Positions 25,109 through 36,343 of a DNA stretch of 64,000 bases are shown here, one piece after another. A program made the position numbers and the translations under genes. Numbering within the stretch: the first letter of the stretch is position 1; the number at the start of each line of letters is the position of its first letter. The notes beneath the pieces were generated by a model. That model was not told where the DNA came from. It searched no databases and worked only from the letters and a program-made list of their open reading frames with translations. This DNA comes from Bacteriovoracaceae bacterium (GTDB lineage Bacteria > Bdellovibrionota > Bacteriovoracia > Bacteriovoracales > Bacteriovoracaceae). The stretch covers positions 1,006 through 65,005 of the forward strand of contig JAFMBV010000010.1 of NCBI GenBank assembly GCA_017858255.1, written 5' to 3'.

Positions 25109-26620
25109 TTACTTGAGTGGTTTCATCTCTTTACCATCATGGATATAGGTAACTTCCTTGCCTTCCTGAATAGTCGTAAGATTTACTGGTCGGCTCCAAA
25201 TACCTGCAATATTTCGCAAAGTATCTGTTGCAAAACCTATATCTAGGTCCACTCCTTGGTGATGGTGAACGAGATGAAGTTCACCTCTATTACCAAAGTT
25301 ACCCGACTCTACTTCGATCACTGGCTGGCCAAAGTTTGTAAGGCTCAAAAGCAGCTTTGACTTTATAGACTCAAAGTCACGAGTGTCGATCTCATGGCGA
25401 GATGTTCTCGGATTAAATTTATAGGTAAAGAGTTGCATACGTTCACAAAACTCTCTCGTAAAAAATTCATCGATAAAAGTAACATCATTGTGTGTACGGC
25501 GAACTTCAAAGATTTTTTCTTTTCCGAGACCTGCACCTGTGTTCCAATTCTCTCTCGTGTGCATATCGGTGCAATCATTAAACTCTTTTCCAAACATACC
25601 TCTGTCCCAGCGGTATTCGATGTCGCGGAAAAGCTCAATTCCTATTTTATAGGGGTTAATTTGCTGCCGACTCATGGCCATAACACCGGCATGCTTATCA
25701 GCAAACTCAATAATCTCACTAGATTTAAGTGCTTTTTGAGTCATTATCGTAGAGTGCCAATAACTTGCCCAACCTTCATTCATAATTTTGGTCATTCGTT
25801 GGGGCAAGAAGTAATAAGCTTCCTCTCTTAAAATACCAAGAATATCGGCTTGCCACTCCTTTAACGGCGCATGCTCGATCAAGTACATCATGATGTCTCT
25901 TGGCGAAATATAAGATCGTTTAGGTCTTACAACAGAAGCTTCTTCTCTTTCTGGAAGTGGTTCCTCAGTTTCTGGGTTGAAAAGTTTTGAGCGCATGAAA
26001 CTTTTTAATTGATTTGAGCGCCCATCTTCATCATCATCATGAAAAAACTGATTTTTAAACTCAGCCTCTTTATTGTTTCTTGAGTGCTTAACTTCAGCTG
26101 TCTCAAAGAGAACATTAATATCAAGAAGAGTTTCCAATGAGAGCACACGGTCAATAAATTCTTCTACCTTATCCTGACCATACCTTTCCATATAGCGGCG
26201 TATCTTAGTGCCATGATTCGCCATGACGTCCATCATGGAGCGATCTGTAGACTTAAACCAGGCATTATTCTTAAAGAAGTCTGCGTGTCCATAAACATGG
26301 GCCATCACAATTTTTTGATCTACAAGATGATTGGCCTTTAATAGATACGCATAACAAGGATCGGTGTTTATGACCATCTCATAAATTTTTTGTAGGCCAT
26401 AAGCATAGGACTTAGAGAGTTGATCGTAATCCATACCGAAGCGCCAATGTGGGTATCGAGATGGAAACCCACCTTGTGCGGCAAGAATGTTAATCGTATC
26501 GTAGTCAACAATTTCGAAAACTACTGGATAGAAGTCAAGGCCGTAATCAAGAGCATATTGGTGAATTTCTTCTTTCAAACGAAGAAGCTCTCCTGTTATG
26601 GGTGCAGATCTTGTGGTCAT
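25109..26620 (-). CDS. spoVR: SpoVR/YcgB family protein
   Basis: '[15 protein letters not shown]...[15 protein letters not shown]' and the overall 503-aa architecture fit SpoVR. Overlaps the yeaH stop by 4 nt. Confidence 0.9.
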   Translation of the reverse strand: MTTRSAPITGELLRLKEEIHQYALDYGLDFYPVVFEIVDYDTINILAAQGGFPSRYPHWRFGMDYDQLSKSYAYGLQKIYEMVINTDPCYAYLLKANHLVDQKIVMAHVYGHADFFKNNAWFKSTDRSMMDVMANHGTKIRRYMERYGQDKVEEFIDRVLSLETLLDINVLFETAEVKHSRNNKEAEFKNQFFHDDDEDGRSNQLKSFMRSKLFNPETEEPLPEREEASVVRPKRSYISPRDIMMYLIEHAPLKEWQADILGILREEAYYFLPQRMTKIMNEGWASYWHSTIMTQKALKSSEIIEFADKHAGVMAMSRQQINPYKIGIELFRDIEYRWDRGMFGKEFNDCTDMHTRENWNTGAGLGKEKIFEVRRTHNDVTFIDEFFTREFCERMQLFTYKFNPRTSRHEIDTRDFESIKSKLLLSLTNFGQPVIEVESGNFGNRGELHLVHHHQGVDLDIGFATDTLRNIAGIWSRPVNLTTIQEGKEVTYIHDGKEMKPLK

Positions 26621-27732
26621 TTCCCCTTCCCTAGAAAATCTTTAATTGAGTCCAAAATAGCTTCTTTATTTTTAATTTTAGAAAGAATTACTTTGTCATG
26701 ATCTTCTTTATAATGACCTGAAAGATCTTTATAAAATTGTCCAGAACCATAACGACTCTCCACCTGACCGTAGCAAAATACGTTTGAGGCCGGCAGTATG
26801 TCATTTTCAAGAATATCTAAACAGAGTTTAGTGTCATCAGTCGACCAGTTATCCCCATCACTAAAGTGAAAAGGATAGATATTCCATTCTGCAGGATTAT
26901 AATCGGCTTCTATAATTTCACGACACAACTTAAATGCGGAGGATATTAAAGTCCCTCCACTCTCTCTGGTTCTAAAGAATGTATGTTCGTTGACTTCTTT
27001 TGCCGTTGCATCGTGAATTATGTAACGAATTTCGATGTCTTTATATTGGGACTTTAGCCATAGGTTGATCCAAAAAGATTCAGTCCGAACAATTTCTTTT
27101 TGCTCATCTCCCATGGAGCCAGAGACATCCATCATATAAATAACAACAGCTGCGTTATCGAATTCTACTTTCTGGGTAGAGCTCCTATAGCGCATATCCG
27201 ATTTAATCGGCACAATAATTGGATTTTCAGGATCATAAGTCCCTGTAGCAACTTGTCGCTTGAGGGCCTCTTTGTATGAACGTTTAAAATGTTTAAGTGA
27301 ATCTGGACCGACAGTACCAATTGATGTGTACTTATCAGTAGTCGAGAGCATCGTCTTTTTGCCCTTTGGTTCAATATTAGGTAGCTCAAGTTGTTCACCT
27401 AAAATACTTGCTAGCTCTTCTAGACTAAGCTCAACTTCAAGCTCTTTATTGCCTTCACCTTCACCGGCCTCTCCTTCTCCAGGTTCGCCTTCACCTTCTT
27501 GACCATCAACAGGATCCCCTTGCTGTCCATCACCTTGCCCCGTTCCGCCTTGGCTTTGATCACCAAACTTAAATCGAGGTGTCTCAATAGAGGGCATTGG
27601 AATCTTGTAAGAGCCATCGCCTTTAGGTAAAGGCATCTCACCGTTAGAAACATACTTTCGCAAATTGTCTCGGATCTTACCCTTAACAATATTGCGAAAG
27701 CGGGAATGGTCTCTTTTAATCGGATGATCCAT
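26617..27732 (-). CDS. yeaH: YeaH/YhbH family protein (DUF444, vWA-like)
   Basis: N-terminal '[22 protein letters not shown]', an acidic Gly/Glu/Asp linker, and the vWA-like '[13 protein letters not shown]'. Sits between prkA and spoVR. Confidence 0.9.
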   Translation of the reverse strand: MDHPIKRDHSRFRNIVKGKIRDNLRKYVSNGEMPLPKGDGSYKIPMPSIETPRFKFGDQSQGGTGQGDGQQGDPVDGQEGEGEPGEGEAGEGEGNKELEVELSLEELASILGEQLELPNIEPKGKKTMLSTTDKYTSIGTVGPDSLKHFKRSYKEALKRQVATGTYDPENPIIVPIKSDMRYRSSTQKVEFDNAAVVIYMMDVSGSMGDEQKEIVRTESFWINLWLKSQYKDIEIRYIIHDATAKEVNEHTFFRTRESGGTLISSAFKLCREIIEADYNPAEWNIYPFHFSDGDNWSTDDTKLCLDILENDILPASNVFCYGQVESRYGSGQFYKDLSGHYKEDHDKVILSKIKNKEAILDSIKDFLGKGK

Positions 27733-27756
27733 AAAGGAACCTCTCCTAATAGTTAC

Positions 27757-29817
27757 TTAAGACTTGGCCGAGTCACCCTTGGCAAAAATAGATGCCACAA
27801 AGTTAAGGGCATCAGTTGCACAAATCTCGCAGTAGCCATGATTTTTCATTAGTCGCGACTTAACCACATCAATCTTCTCTTGAGTTTCTTTATCCACAAC
27901 CTTAGAAATAATCGTTTTAAGCTTGATAGTGTCCTTTTGATCTTCAAAAAGTTTCAATTCAAGAGCACGATGAAGTCTTTCATTCATTTTGTAATCGAAT
28001 TGTTTACCTTCAATGGCCAAGGCACCAATGTAGTTCATGATCTCCCTTCTAAAGTCGTCTTTACGTGACTCAGGAATATCAATCTTTTCTTCTACACTTC
28101 TCATAAAGCGCTCATCAGCGTCTTCAAGACGATTAGAATACTTATTTCTAATTTTTTCTCTTTGTGTGTAGGCCTTTACATTATCAATAAAGTTTGAACA
28201 AAGCGTTTGAATAGCATTCTCATCGACGCTAATTGCCTTTTGAACATCATTTTTAACAATGTCTTCATATTCTTGCCTAGCGATGGCCAGAAGCTCACGG
28301 TAATTATCAAGTTGTTCCGAAGAGTTGATAAGAGAATGATGCTTAAGACCCGCTTCGAGTTCATTGAAAACCATAAAAGGATTCAAACAACCCGATGCTG
28401 CATTTTTAACCAAGGCATTTGAAAGCTTATCTTGAATATAACGAGGAGAAATTCCTTCGAGACCTTCGCGAACAGCTTCTTTTCTCAACTCTTTTACGTT
28501 GTCTTCGTTATAACCTGGAAGTGTTTTTCCATTATAAAGTTTCAACTTTTGGAGCTTGGTGAGGTCAGATTTCTTTGGCTCTTCAATACGAGTAAGAACA
28601 GACCATAAAGCGGCCATATCAATCGTGTGAGGGGCCACGTGCATATGTGGAATTTTTTCCGTATTAAAGTCACGTTTATAAATCTTAACTTCATTATCAA
28701 GACGAGTAATATAAGGAATATCGATTTTTACAGTACGATCCCGTAGCGCCTCCATAAATTCATTATTTTGAAGTTTTCTAAATTCGGGCTCATTTGTATG
28801 GCCTAAAATAACTTCATCAATATCTGTTTGTGCAAACTTCTTAGGTTTAATTGATTGTTCCTGAGAGGCACCAAGAAGGTCATACAAGAAGGCCACATCT
28901 AGCTTTAGCATTTCGATAAATTCAACAATTCCGCGGTTCGCAATGTTGAACTCACCATCAAAGTTAAAGGCACGAGGGTCAGAGTCAGAACCATAAATCG
29001 CGATTTTACGATAGTTAATGTCCCCTGTTAGCTCAGTTGAATCTTGGTTCTTCTCATCTTTCGGTTGAAAGGTACCAATACCAATTCTGTCTTTCTCACT
29101 TAAGAGAAGTCTTCTTATTCTGACGTGATTCATAACTTTAGACCAATCACCATCATACTTTTCCATATAGGCCGTGTAGATATAGCGATCAGCAGGATTC
29201 AAAGAACCCTTAATATTGATTTTATAGGTACCTTCCGGACGAGACTTATTTAATTTAGCCACTAGCTCCGGACGGACTTCTATAGGTATTAGTTTAAGAG
29301 GATCTTCGTGCATAGGAGAAGGAAAAGACTTTTGACCACCTAAGAGTTCAGGAGCTTCTTCATCAACCCAATCAAAGGTGTACATGGCACCATCATCAGT
29401 ACGACTATAATGCTCTAACCCTTTTTTAACGAGTCTAGAGATTGAGGACTTCGCAGAGCCAACAGGACCGTGTAGTAGAAGAACCCTTTTCTCGGTACCG
29501 TAACCAGCAGAAGCGGACTTAAAGAAGTTCGCAAACTTCATAAGATGAACATCAATTCCAAAAACGGCATCTTTTCCATTTTCAATTGGATCATCAAAGA
29601 AGTGGTAGCGAGTAATTTCTTTTTTATACTCAGTGTATTGTGAAGTTCCATAGGACATGACCATGTCATGAATTCTCTGGAAGGCATTACGAGCGATGCG
29701 AGGATCCTCGGCAACCTTATCGACATACTCTTGAAAAGAGCCTGTCCAGTGCAAATGAGAAAAATCCTCTGCTCGATAGTTCTCTTTAATAAAATCACTT
29801 ATATTAACTGTGCCCAT
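27757..29817 (-). CDS. prkA: PrkA/YeaG family serine protein kinase
   Basis: Start moved to the ATG at 29817 (RBS GGGGGAGAG). AAA-like P-loop '[13 protein letters not shown]', then the PrkA C-terminal domain. Confidence 0.93.
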   Translation of the reverse strand: MGTVNISDFIKENYRAEDFSHLHWTGSFQEYVDKVAEDPRIARNAFQRIHDMVMSYGTSQYTEYKKEITRYHFFDDPIENGKDAVFGIDVHLMKFANFFKSASAGYGTEKRVLLLHGPVGSAKSSISRLVKKGLEHYSRTDDGAMYTFDWVDEEAPELLGGQKSFPSPMHEDPLKLIPIEVRPELVAKLNKSRPEGTYKINIKGSLNPADRYIYTAYMEKYDGDWSKVMNHVRIRRLLLSEKDRIGIGTFQPKDEKNQDSTELTGDINYRKIAIYGSDSDPRAFNFDGEFNIANRGIVEFIEMLKLDVAFLYDLLGASQEQSIKPKKFAQTDIDEVILGHTNEPEFRKLQNNEFMEALRDRTVKIDIPYITRLDNEVKIYKRDFNTEKIPHMHVAPHTIDMAALWSVLTRIEEPKKSDLTKLQKLKLYNGKTLPGYNEDNVKELRKEAVREGLEGISPRYIQDKLSNALVKNAASGCLNPFMVFNELEAGLKHHSLINSSEQLDNYRELLAIARQEYEDIVKNDVQKAISVDENAIQTLCSNFIDNVKAYTQREKIRNKYSNRLEDADERFMRSVEEKIDIPESRKDDFRREIMNYIGALAIEGKQFDYKMNERLHRALELKLFEDQKDTIKLKTIISKVVDKETQEKIDVVKSRLMKNHGYCEICATDALNFVASIFAKGDSAKS

Positions 29818-30103
29818 TCTCTCCCCCATCCGTGGTTTTATGGCCAATTGGTAAAAATTTTTGAAGGACAAAATGGAAATTTCAGTCCTTTCCTCTTTAT
29901 ATAGTATAGCAAACTGTAGGCCATATTCTAAAGGAATATATTGTCATTTTATAAGCACTTGACTCAAAAGTGGTGGTGTCGTTTCGCTACTAGTGATGTC
30001 AATTTCTCTGTTTGACAGGAACGCGACAAAAGTTAAACTTAATATTAAGAAAATAGTAAAATGGTTTAAAGCAACCACAAAAACCGAGTAAAAAGGACAG
30101 CCA

Positions 30104-30847
30104 ATGGGACTTGTTGCCTCAGGCATTACTGATATTGGAATGAAAAGAAAAAGCAATCAGGACGCTATATATCTCAACGCCGAGAAACACCTTTTTGTGG
30201 TTGCCGACGGAATGGGTGGACACAATGGTGGTGACATTGCCTCACAAATGGCAGTTGAATTGGTTCCCAAATATATTCTTGACCACTTTGATGATGATCC
30301 CGCAAAAACTCAAAAAGCCGCGGTCCTCTCAGCTAATAAATCTATAAAAGTTCATGGTGAAAAAAATGAAGACCTTGTTGGCATGGGAACAACCCTCGTC
30401 AGTTTACTTTTTCGTGGCCCTTATTTGTATACGGCCAATGTCGGTGACTCGCGAGCCTACCTTTTTAATAATAAGAAAATTTATCAACTAACAAGTGACC
30501 ACTCCCTCGTTCAAGAAAAACTAAATCTAGGTTTCTACACCAGGGAACAGGCCGGCGATGATCCACAGAAAAATGTTCTGGTGCGCACAGTAGGCTTTGA
30601 AGAAGAGGTCGAGGTTGATGTTTTTACCTATAAAGTTCACCGGAATGACATTTTCTTAAGCTGTTCAGATGGACTGCATGGAAAAGTCAGCGACCCAGAC
30701 CTTCTTTATATAGTTAACCACTTTATACCTGACCCCTCAAAAGCGACTCAAGAGACTCTCGATAAGGCCTGCAAGTACATGGTTGAACTTGCCAATAAAA
30801 ATGGTGGCCAAGATAATATCTCAGTTGTTCTTGTTGTGGCGCAATAG
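30104..30847 (+). CDS. PP2C-family Ser/Thr protein phosphatase
   Basis: 'GITDIGMKRKSNQDA', 'VVADGMGGHNGGDIAS', 'LLSCSDGL' and 'GGQDNISVVLV' are the canonical PPM motifs. Confidence 0.9.
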   Translation: MGLVASGITDIGMKRKSNQDAIYLNAEKHLFVVADGMGGHNGGDIASQMAVELVPKYILDHFDDDPAKTQKAAVLSANKSIKVHGEKNEDLVGMGTTLVSLLFRGPYLYTANVGDSRAYLFNNKKIYQLTSDHSLVQEKLNLGFYTREQAGDDPQKNVLVRTVGFEEEVEVDVFTYKVHRNDIFLSCSDGLHGKVSDPDLLYIVNHFIPDPSKATQETLDKACKYMVELANKNGGQDNISVVLVVAQ

Positions 30848-30971
30848 ATTTAGCCTTCAATCTTTAGCGAATTTGTTTTGTTGATAGGTGTCATCTTTGG
30901 TCTCCTAAAACTAAAGCATTTCCATTCATTGGAAAAATGCTAGCCCATCGGCCTTAAGTTGTTTAAAATTA

Positions 30972-32081
30972 GTGCCCATGGATCGTTACTTTACCATTAT
31001 GGTAGTCCCAGAAAGAGAGAAAGGTGTTAAGTCCTTTCGAATTCCCCGTGTTGTCTTCCACGCGGCGCTGTTCTTTATGGTCGTTTTTACGGTCCTATTG
31101 GGGATTCTTACTTATGACTATTGGAAAATTTTGCGCCAAGTTTATGAGAATAAGCATCTGACCATTGAAAACCGACAACTGAAAGAACAAGTTCAACTCT
31201 TTCAAATGAAACTCAACACTCTCACGGAAGACTTAGAGCGAATTCATACTTTTGAGAAAAAGTTACGCATTATTACAGGTATTGAAGAAGCAGACCTTAC
31301 TCAAAGTATAAAAAGCTTAAATACTGAAGATGAGTATCCTTTAAATAAGACTGAGGAAAAAGACCAAGACATTTCTAAGGAAATGGATAAGGAAAAAAAG
31401 CAGACAAAGATTTTTGATAATCTAGATCAGCTCAAGACCTACTCTGAGGCTCCTGAATACAAAAAACTTAAAGATTTATATGAAAAGAAAATTGCGACTA
31501 TATTTGGTTTGCAAACTAGTTACTCCTACACCAAAGAGTGGAGTAATTTAACAAAACAATCTTTTACGTTGGCTTCGGACTTTGCTGAATTTGATTATAA
31601 ATTTTCAACGGTTAAAGGTTTTGTTAAAAATTTAGAAGTAAATATACATAAGTTGGACCAGTTTCTTTTAGATAAGGATTCTTTTTTGCGGTCAACCCCT
31701 ACTCTCTTGCCAACCAAGGGTTGGATAACAAGTTATTATGGTCCGCGAATAAGCCCTACCTCCAAAAGACTGAGGATGCATGAAGGTGTTGATATTGGAG
31801 CTCGGTCAGGTACGCTCATAGTAGCTGCGGCCGATGGTCGAATTACTTTTGCTGGAAAAAAGCCTGGCTTTGGTAACTTTGTACAAATAGACCATGGTTA
31901 TGGCGTAGAAACTTTCTATGCTCACGCCAAAGGGCTCTTTACAAAAAAAGGTCAAATCGTATCAAGAGGAGACCTTATCGCCTCCATCGGTAATACCGGT
32001 GCCTCCACTGGTCCTCACTTACACTATGAAATTAGAGTAAATGGGACCCCCGTTGATCCCTTATATTTTGTATTAGATTAA
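30972..32081 (+). CDS. Membrane-anchored M23 (LytM-type) metallopeptidase with a coiled-coil region
   Basis: N-terminal TM helix, coiled coil, and 'HEGVDIGA...IVAAADG...VQIDHGYGVETFYAH...GNTGASTGPHLHYE', with intact HxxxD and HxH metal ligands. Start is GTG at 30972 or ATG at 30978. Confidence 0.88.
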   Translation: MPMDRYFTIMVVPEREKGVKSFRIPRVVFHAALFFMVVFTVLLGILTYDYWKILRQVYENKHLTIENRQLKEQVQLFQMKLNTLTEDLERIHTFEKKLRIITGIEEADLTQSIKSLNTEDEYPLNKTEEKDQDISKEMDKEKKQTKIFDNLDQLKTYSEAPEYKKLKDLYEKKIATIFGLQTSYSYTKEWSNLTKQSFTLASDFAEFDYKFSTVKGFVKNLEVNIHKLDQFLLDKDSFLRSTPTLLPTKGWITSYYGPRISPTSKRLRMHEGVDIGARSGTLIVAAADGRITFAGKKPGFGNFVQIDHGYGVETFYAHAKGLFTKKGQIVSRGDLIASIGNTGASTGPHLHYEIRVNGTPVDPLYFVLD

Positions 32082-32114
32082 AAATTTACCCCAAGATTAT
32101 TGGGAGGAGTAGAA

Positions 32115-34670
32115 ATGAACCCATTGCGCGCCATATTTGGTTCGAAGAACGATCGCGACATCAAAAAAATGAGACCCCTAATAATGCAGATTGGCTCATA
32201 TGAAGATGATATGAAGAAGCTCTCTGATGAGGAACTTCAAGCGCAAACTCCTAAGTTTCGTAAAATGTTAGACGAAGGGGCAACGCTAACGGATATTTTA
32301 CCTGAAGCCTACGCAACCGTTAGAGAAGCTTCGGTTAGAGTACTCGGTATGAGACCCTATGATGTACAGCTAGTTGGAGGCATTACCCTTTTCGAAGGTA
32401 ATATCGCAGAGATGAAAACAGGTGAAGGTAAAACCCTTACTGCAGTTCTTCCTATGTACCTCCATGGTCTTACTCAAAAAGGCGCCCACCTTGTTACAGT
32501 GAACGACTATTTGGCCCGTCGAGATGCTGAGGAAATGGTTGGACCACTTTATAATTGGCTAGGACTTAGTGTTGGCGTCATCATCGCTGACATGGATGAA
32601 GAAGATAGAAAAAAAGCTTATCAAGCAGATATTACCTATGGAACCAATAATGAATTTGCCTTTGATTATTTAAGAGACAATATGAAATTTGACCTTGAAG
32701 ATTACGTTCAAAGAGGTCACAACTATTGTATTGTCGATGAGGTTGACTCCATTCTTATTGATGAGGCCCGAACCCCTCTTCTCATTTCTGGTCCCAGTGA
32801 AGGAAAAACTGATCTTTACTACACGGCCAATGAAGTAATGCCAAAACTCACAAAAGATGAAGATTTTACTGTTGATGAAAAATCAAGAACAGCAACTTAC
32901 ACTGAAACTGGCCTTGAAAAAATTCAAACTATTCTCAACATTGACGACCTTTTTAATCTTCAACACAACGACCTACTCCACCATCTCAATCAAGCACTCA
33001 AGGCCCATCACCTTTTTAACAAAGATGTCGATTACGTAATCAAAGAAGAAAAAGTTATTATCGTTGATGAGTTCACCGGACGTTTAAAGGATGGCTCCCG
33101 CTGGAGTGATGGGCTACACCAGGCAGTTGAGGCCAAAGAAAATGTTCCCATAAAGTCTGAAAATCAAACTCTTGCCTCAGTTACCTTTCAGAACTATTTC
33201 CGCTTATATGACAAACTCGCCGGAATGACTGGTACTGCGGAAACAGAAGCAGAGGAATTTAGAAAAATCTACAAGCTAGATGTACTTGTCGTACCAACAA
33301 ACGTCCCAATCGCCCGTAAAGATCAGCCAGACGTTATCTACAAATCAAAAGAAGCAAAAACAAAGGCCGTTATAAAGCTTGTAAGAGAACTAAATGAGAA
33401 GGGACAGCCCATTCTCATTGGTACTAACTCGATTGATAGTTCTGAGCATTTCCATAAGTCCCTAACCCAAGCAGGCATTCAACATGAGATGCTTAATGCG
33501 AAGAACCACCAGAGAGAAGCTCAAATTATTACCAATGCTGGACAACGTGGCTCCGTTACAATCGCGACCAATATGGCCGGTCGTGGAACTGACATAAAGA
33601 TCAATGATGAAGTAAAGGCCTTGGGTGGTCTTTTTATTGTTGGAACTGAAAGAAATGAGGCCCGCCGAATTGATAATCAATTAAGGGGTCGTGCTGGTCG
33701 TCAGGGTGATCCAGGTCATTCGAAGTTTTTCTTAAGCTTAGAAGATGATTTAATGAGAATATTTGGTTCAGACCGCATCAAAGGAATGATGAATACTTTG
33801 GGTATGGAAGAAGATGAGCCTATTGAACATAAAATGATTTCTAATGCCATTGCTAAGTCTCAAAAGAAGGTAGAGGCACACAACTTTGAAATCAGAAAAC
33901 ACCTTCTTCAATATGATGATGTGATGGGTGAACAAAGAAGTGTTATTTATAGACTAAGAAGAGATATTCTCTCTGACAAAGCTAATGAAGAACTTCTCCA
34001 AAACTTTGTTGAAGACGTTGGAGAATCCCTAGTCGATGCCTATAAACCAGATAAAAAGGTTCCCCTTGAGTCGTGGAGTTGGGATGAAATGACTATAGGC
34101 TTTCAAAATACCTTTCATAGTGAATTAGTTCTTAGTCATGAAGGCTGTATAAAAGAAGGCGATGGTGAACCAGAAGTTTATTTTGCGAACAAGGCAAAAG
34201 AGATTCTTGAACAAAAGTTCAGCCAGTATGATGGTGAGCAGGTAAAACTTGCCCTAAGAGAGATTCTACTTTCAACTTTTGATCAACATTGGAAAGATCA
34301 CCTACAATCCATGGATCATATCAAAGAAGGTATTAACCTCAGGGCCTATGCTCAAAAAGATCCACTCACAGAATATAAGAGAGAAGCTTTTAATCTCTTT
34401 GAAGATATGAGACTTGCTGTTAAAAAGGCCGTTGTTAATGCAGTTTTTAGCGTTAAGCTCTATACACAAGAAGAAATTGAAGAACTTCAAAAACGTCACC
34501 AACAAGAATTAGAAAGGCAGCTTGAAGCTCATAAAAGAGCACAAGAGATGGCGGAAAAAGCAGAAGTTACAAAGGCCCAGCCATTACAAAGATCGACAAA
34601 TAAAGTCGGACGTAATGATTCTTGTCCTTGTGGAAGCGGAAAAAAATTCAAACATTGTCACGGGGCATAA
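32115..34670 (+). CDS. secA: Preprotein translocase ATPase SecA
   Basis: Start moved to the ATG at 32115 (RBS GGAGG). 'MKTGEGKTL', '[19 protein letters not shown]', and the C-terminal zinc motif '[14 protein letters not shown]'. Confidence 0.97.
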   Translation: MNPLRAIFGSKNDRDIKKMRPLIMQIGSYEDDMKKLSDEELQAQTPKFRKMLDEGATLTDILPEAYATVREASVRVLGMRPYDVQLVGGITLFEGNIAEMKTGEGKTLTAVLPMYLHGLTQKGAHLVTVNDYLARRDAEEMVGPLYNWLGLSVGVIIADMDEEDRKKAYQADITYGTNNEFAFDYLRDNMKFDLEDYVQRGHNYCIVDEVDSILIDEARTPLLISGPSEGKTDLYYTANEVMPKLTKDEDFTVDEKSRTATYTETGLEKIQTILNIDDLFNLQHNDLLHHLNQALKAHHLFNKDVDYVIKEEKVIIVDEFTGRLKDGSRWSDGLHQAVEAKENVPIKSENQTLASVTFQNYFRLYDKLAGMTGTAETEAEEFRKIYKLDVLVVPTNVPIARKDQPDVIYKSKEAKTKAVIKLVRELNEKGQPILIGTNSIDSSEHFHKSLTQAGIQHEMLNAKNHQREAQIITNAGQRGSVTIATNMAGRGTDIKINDEVKALGGLFIVGTERNEARRIDNQLRGRAGRQGDPGHSKFFLSLEDDLMRIFGSDRIKGMMNTLGMEEDEPIEHKMISNAIAKSQKKVEAHNFEIRKHLLQYDDVMGEQRSVIYRLRRDILSDKANEELLQNFVEDVGESLVDAYKPDKKVPLESWSWDEMTIGFQNTFHSELVLSHEGCIKEGDGEPEVYFANKAKEILEQKFSQYDGEQVKLALREILLSTFDQHWKDHLQSMDHIKEGINLRAYAQKDPLTEYKREAFNLFEDMRLAVKKAVVNAVFSVKLYTQEEIEELQKRHQQELERQLEAHKRAQEMAEKAEVTKAQPLQRSTNKVGRNDSCPCGSGKKFKHCHGA

Positions 34671-34711
34671 GCTTGCCCCAAGTGGCCTCTTAAGTGCTAT
34701 ACTAAAAAGGT

Positions 34712-36340
34712 ATGAGCACAGAAAATGATGACCAAAATGACGGTGAATGGGATGACCCTTCTGATCTAACCAGATTAGAAGATCTTTCTGAATTTCTTCA
34801 TGAAGAAGACCCAGATGTAGAGGCCAAGTTAAAGGCCGCTAAAGATGATATCGACGATGCCCTACCTCCACTTCCTGCAGAGGAAAACGAAGATCTCTTA
34901 GTCCTAGAAGATTTAGCGAGTGATACCGAACAGTCCTACCAAGAAGATACCGAAGATTTAAATAACTTTTCAAGTGAAGACGAGACCAATCCCAACCTTA
35001 ACCTTTCAGGTGTCTTAGATAGCAGTGTCGAAGACAGTAATGACGAGGATAGCACTGATTATACTAGTGCAGATTTTTCTTCAGAAGGTGAATTAGCAGA
35101 AGATGAAGAAGACTTAAACTTTGGTTCTGAAGGAGAAACCTTCGGTGATACCAATGAATTTCTCAATAACGAAGAAGAAGGTACAGAAGGCCTTACTGAA
35201 GATGAGTCAGAAGACCTCTCGCTAGACTCAACGATTGAGAAAGAAACAAATTGGGATGAGGATGATCTAGAAGACGAAGACAGCATCTTAACTTCAAGCG
35301 AAGAAGAAAGTGGCCAAGACCAACACGAAGGCGAAGACAATAATATTGAAGATGAGGAAGACCAGTTTAGCGCAATTGCCGATGATGACAGTGAAATCGA
35401 ATCTATCGAAGAACAAGCTAGTAACTTCACTTTACCTGATCCTCAAGAATTAGAAGAACGTCCCCCTATCTCTATTGGAACACCAGAAAATAATTCAACA
35501 GCGCATGTTCCACGAGAAAACTTTCAAGACCTAAGAGATTTTGGTAATGCAATTACCTATGGTGTTGTCACAACGGGTGGCAATCCACCCTTTAGCCTTA
35601 TTTTACGCCAAATTAAATATGAGGAAGATGCAGAGGATATAAAAATCGTTTTGCGTGAGCACGGCCTCGTAAGTGATGATAATGAAGAAACAATTGATCA
35701 AGGCCTAGAGCAAGGTAGTCTTTTAATCTCTCAGATAAGTGAATATTCTGCCATTTACCTTGCCCACAAACTAAGACGCTTTGATGTTGAAATGAGAATT
35801 GGTTTAAGTGACCAGTTACACCCCTCTAAATCTTATTCTTCAGAAGGAAAGGGCCTCGTCAGCAAATTTAATTTAAAGCAGAATAAATCAGAGCATCTTA
35901 ATACCATTAGTGCAGAGATCGATATTGAAGACATTAAAATTACCACGACCCCTACTGTTGATGGATACAATATTCATCGCTACATAGAAGTTATTACAAG
36001 CCACTCCTTAGTCGAGGAAGATGAGTTAAAAAGACTTCACGACATTACAAAAAGTAGTCCTCCAGTTGAAGAAGATGAGATTCTCCTAGGGGGAATTCTG
36101 GATCAATTTCCAAAGGAAGAGAAAGGATCACCAGTTGATCAGTTTGATTTAGGGCTCAATGAAGTCTACAGAGAGTTAGTGATAGAGCTTAGAAATGAAG
36201 CTTTTAAGATGGAAGCGAATGCAGTGGTAGGCGTTAATTTCAATATTACTCCTCTGATGTTTCGTACAGGAAACAGTTCTTCTGTTCAATATAAAATAAC
36301 ATGTTCAGGTAATGCCGTTTGGGTAGTGGATCATCAATAA
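34712..36340 (+). CDS. Polyacidic protein with a C-terminal YbjQ/DUF74-like domain
   Basis: Roughly the first 240 aa are dominated by D/E/S/N runs. The C terminus 'TTTPTVDGYNIHRYIEVITSH...EAFKMEANAVVGVNF' resembles the YbjQ_1 (UPF0145) fold, with an insertion. Confidence 0.65.
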   Translation: MSTENDDQNDGEWDDPSDLTRLEDLSEFLHEEDPDVEAKLKAAKDDIDDALPPLPAEENEDLLVLEDLASDTEQSYQEDTEDLNNFSSEDETNPNLNLSGVLDSSVEDSNDEDSTDYTSADFSSEGELAEDEEDLNFGSEGETFGDTNEFLNNEEEGTEGLTEDESEDLSLDSTIEKETNWDEDDLEDEDSILTSSEEESGQDQHEGEDNNIEDEEDQFSAIADDDSEIESIEEQASNFTLPDPQELEERPPISIGTPENNSTAHVPRENFQDLRDFGNAITYGVVTTGGNPPFSLILRQIKYEEDAEDIKIVLREHGLVSDDNEETIDQGLEQGSLLISQISEYSAIYLAHKLRRFDVEMRIGLSDQLHPSKSYSSEGKGLVSKFNLKQNKSEHLNTISAEIDIEDIKITTTPTVDGYNIHRYIEVITSHSLVEEDELKRLHDITKSSPPVEEDEILLGGILDQFPKEEKGSPVDQFDLGLNEVYRELVIELRNEAFKMEANAVVGVNFNITPLMFRTGNSSSVQYKITCSGNAVWVVDHQ

Positions 36341-36343
36341 TTC

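Noticed and set aside
29944-30156. 70-aa minus-strand ORF in the prkA/PP2C divergent region.
   Set aside because: It overlaps the PP2C start, has no RBS, and has a hydrophobic low-information product. The region is better explained as shared promoter DNA.
30900-30950. Imperfect hairpin AGCATTTCC...GGAAAAATGCT after the PP2C gene, as a possible terminator.
   Set aside because: The stem has a 2-nt bulge and no U tract follows. The downstream M23 and secA genes are co-oriented, so read-through is equally likely.
35059-35430. 123-aa Ser-rich antisense ORF, and an apparent GAA/GAT repeat structure in 34.9-35.4 kb.
   Set aside because: This is the mirror image of the acidic-codon runs of the 34712-36340 gene. 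The repetition is codon-level low complexity, not a tandem repeat or spacer array.
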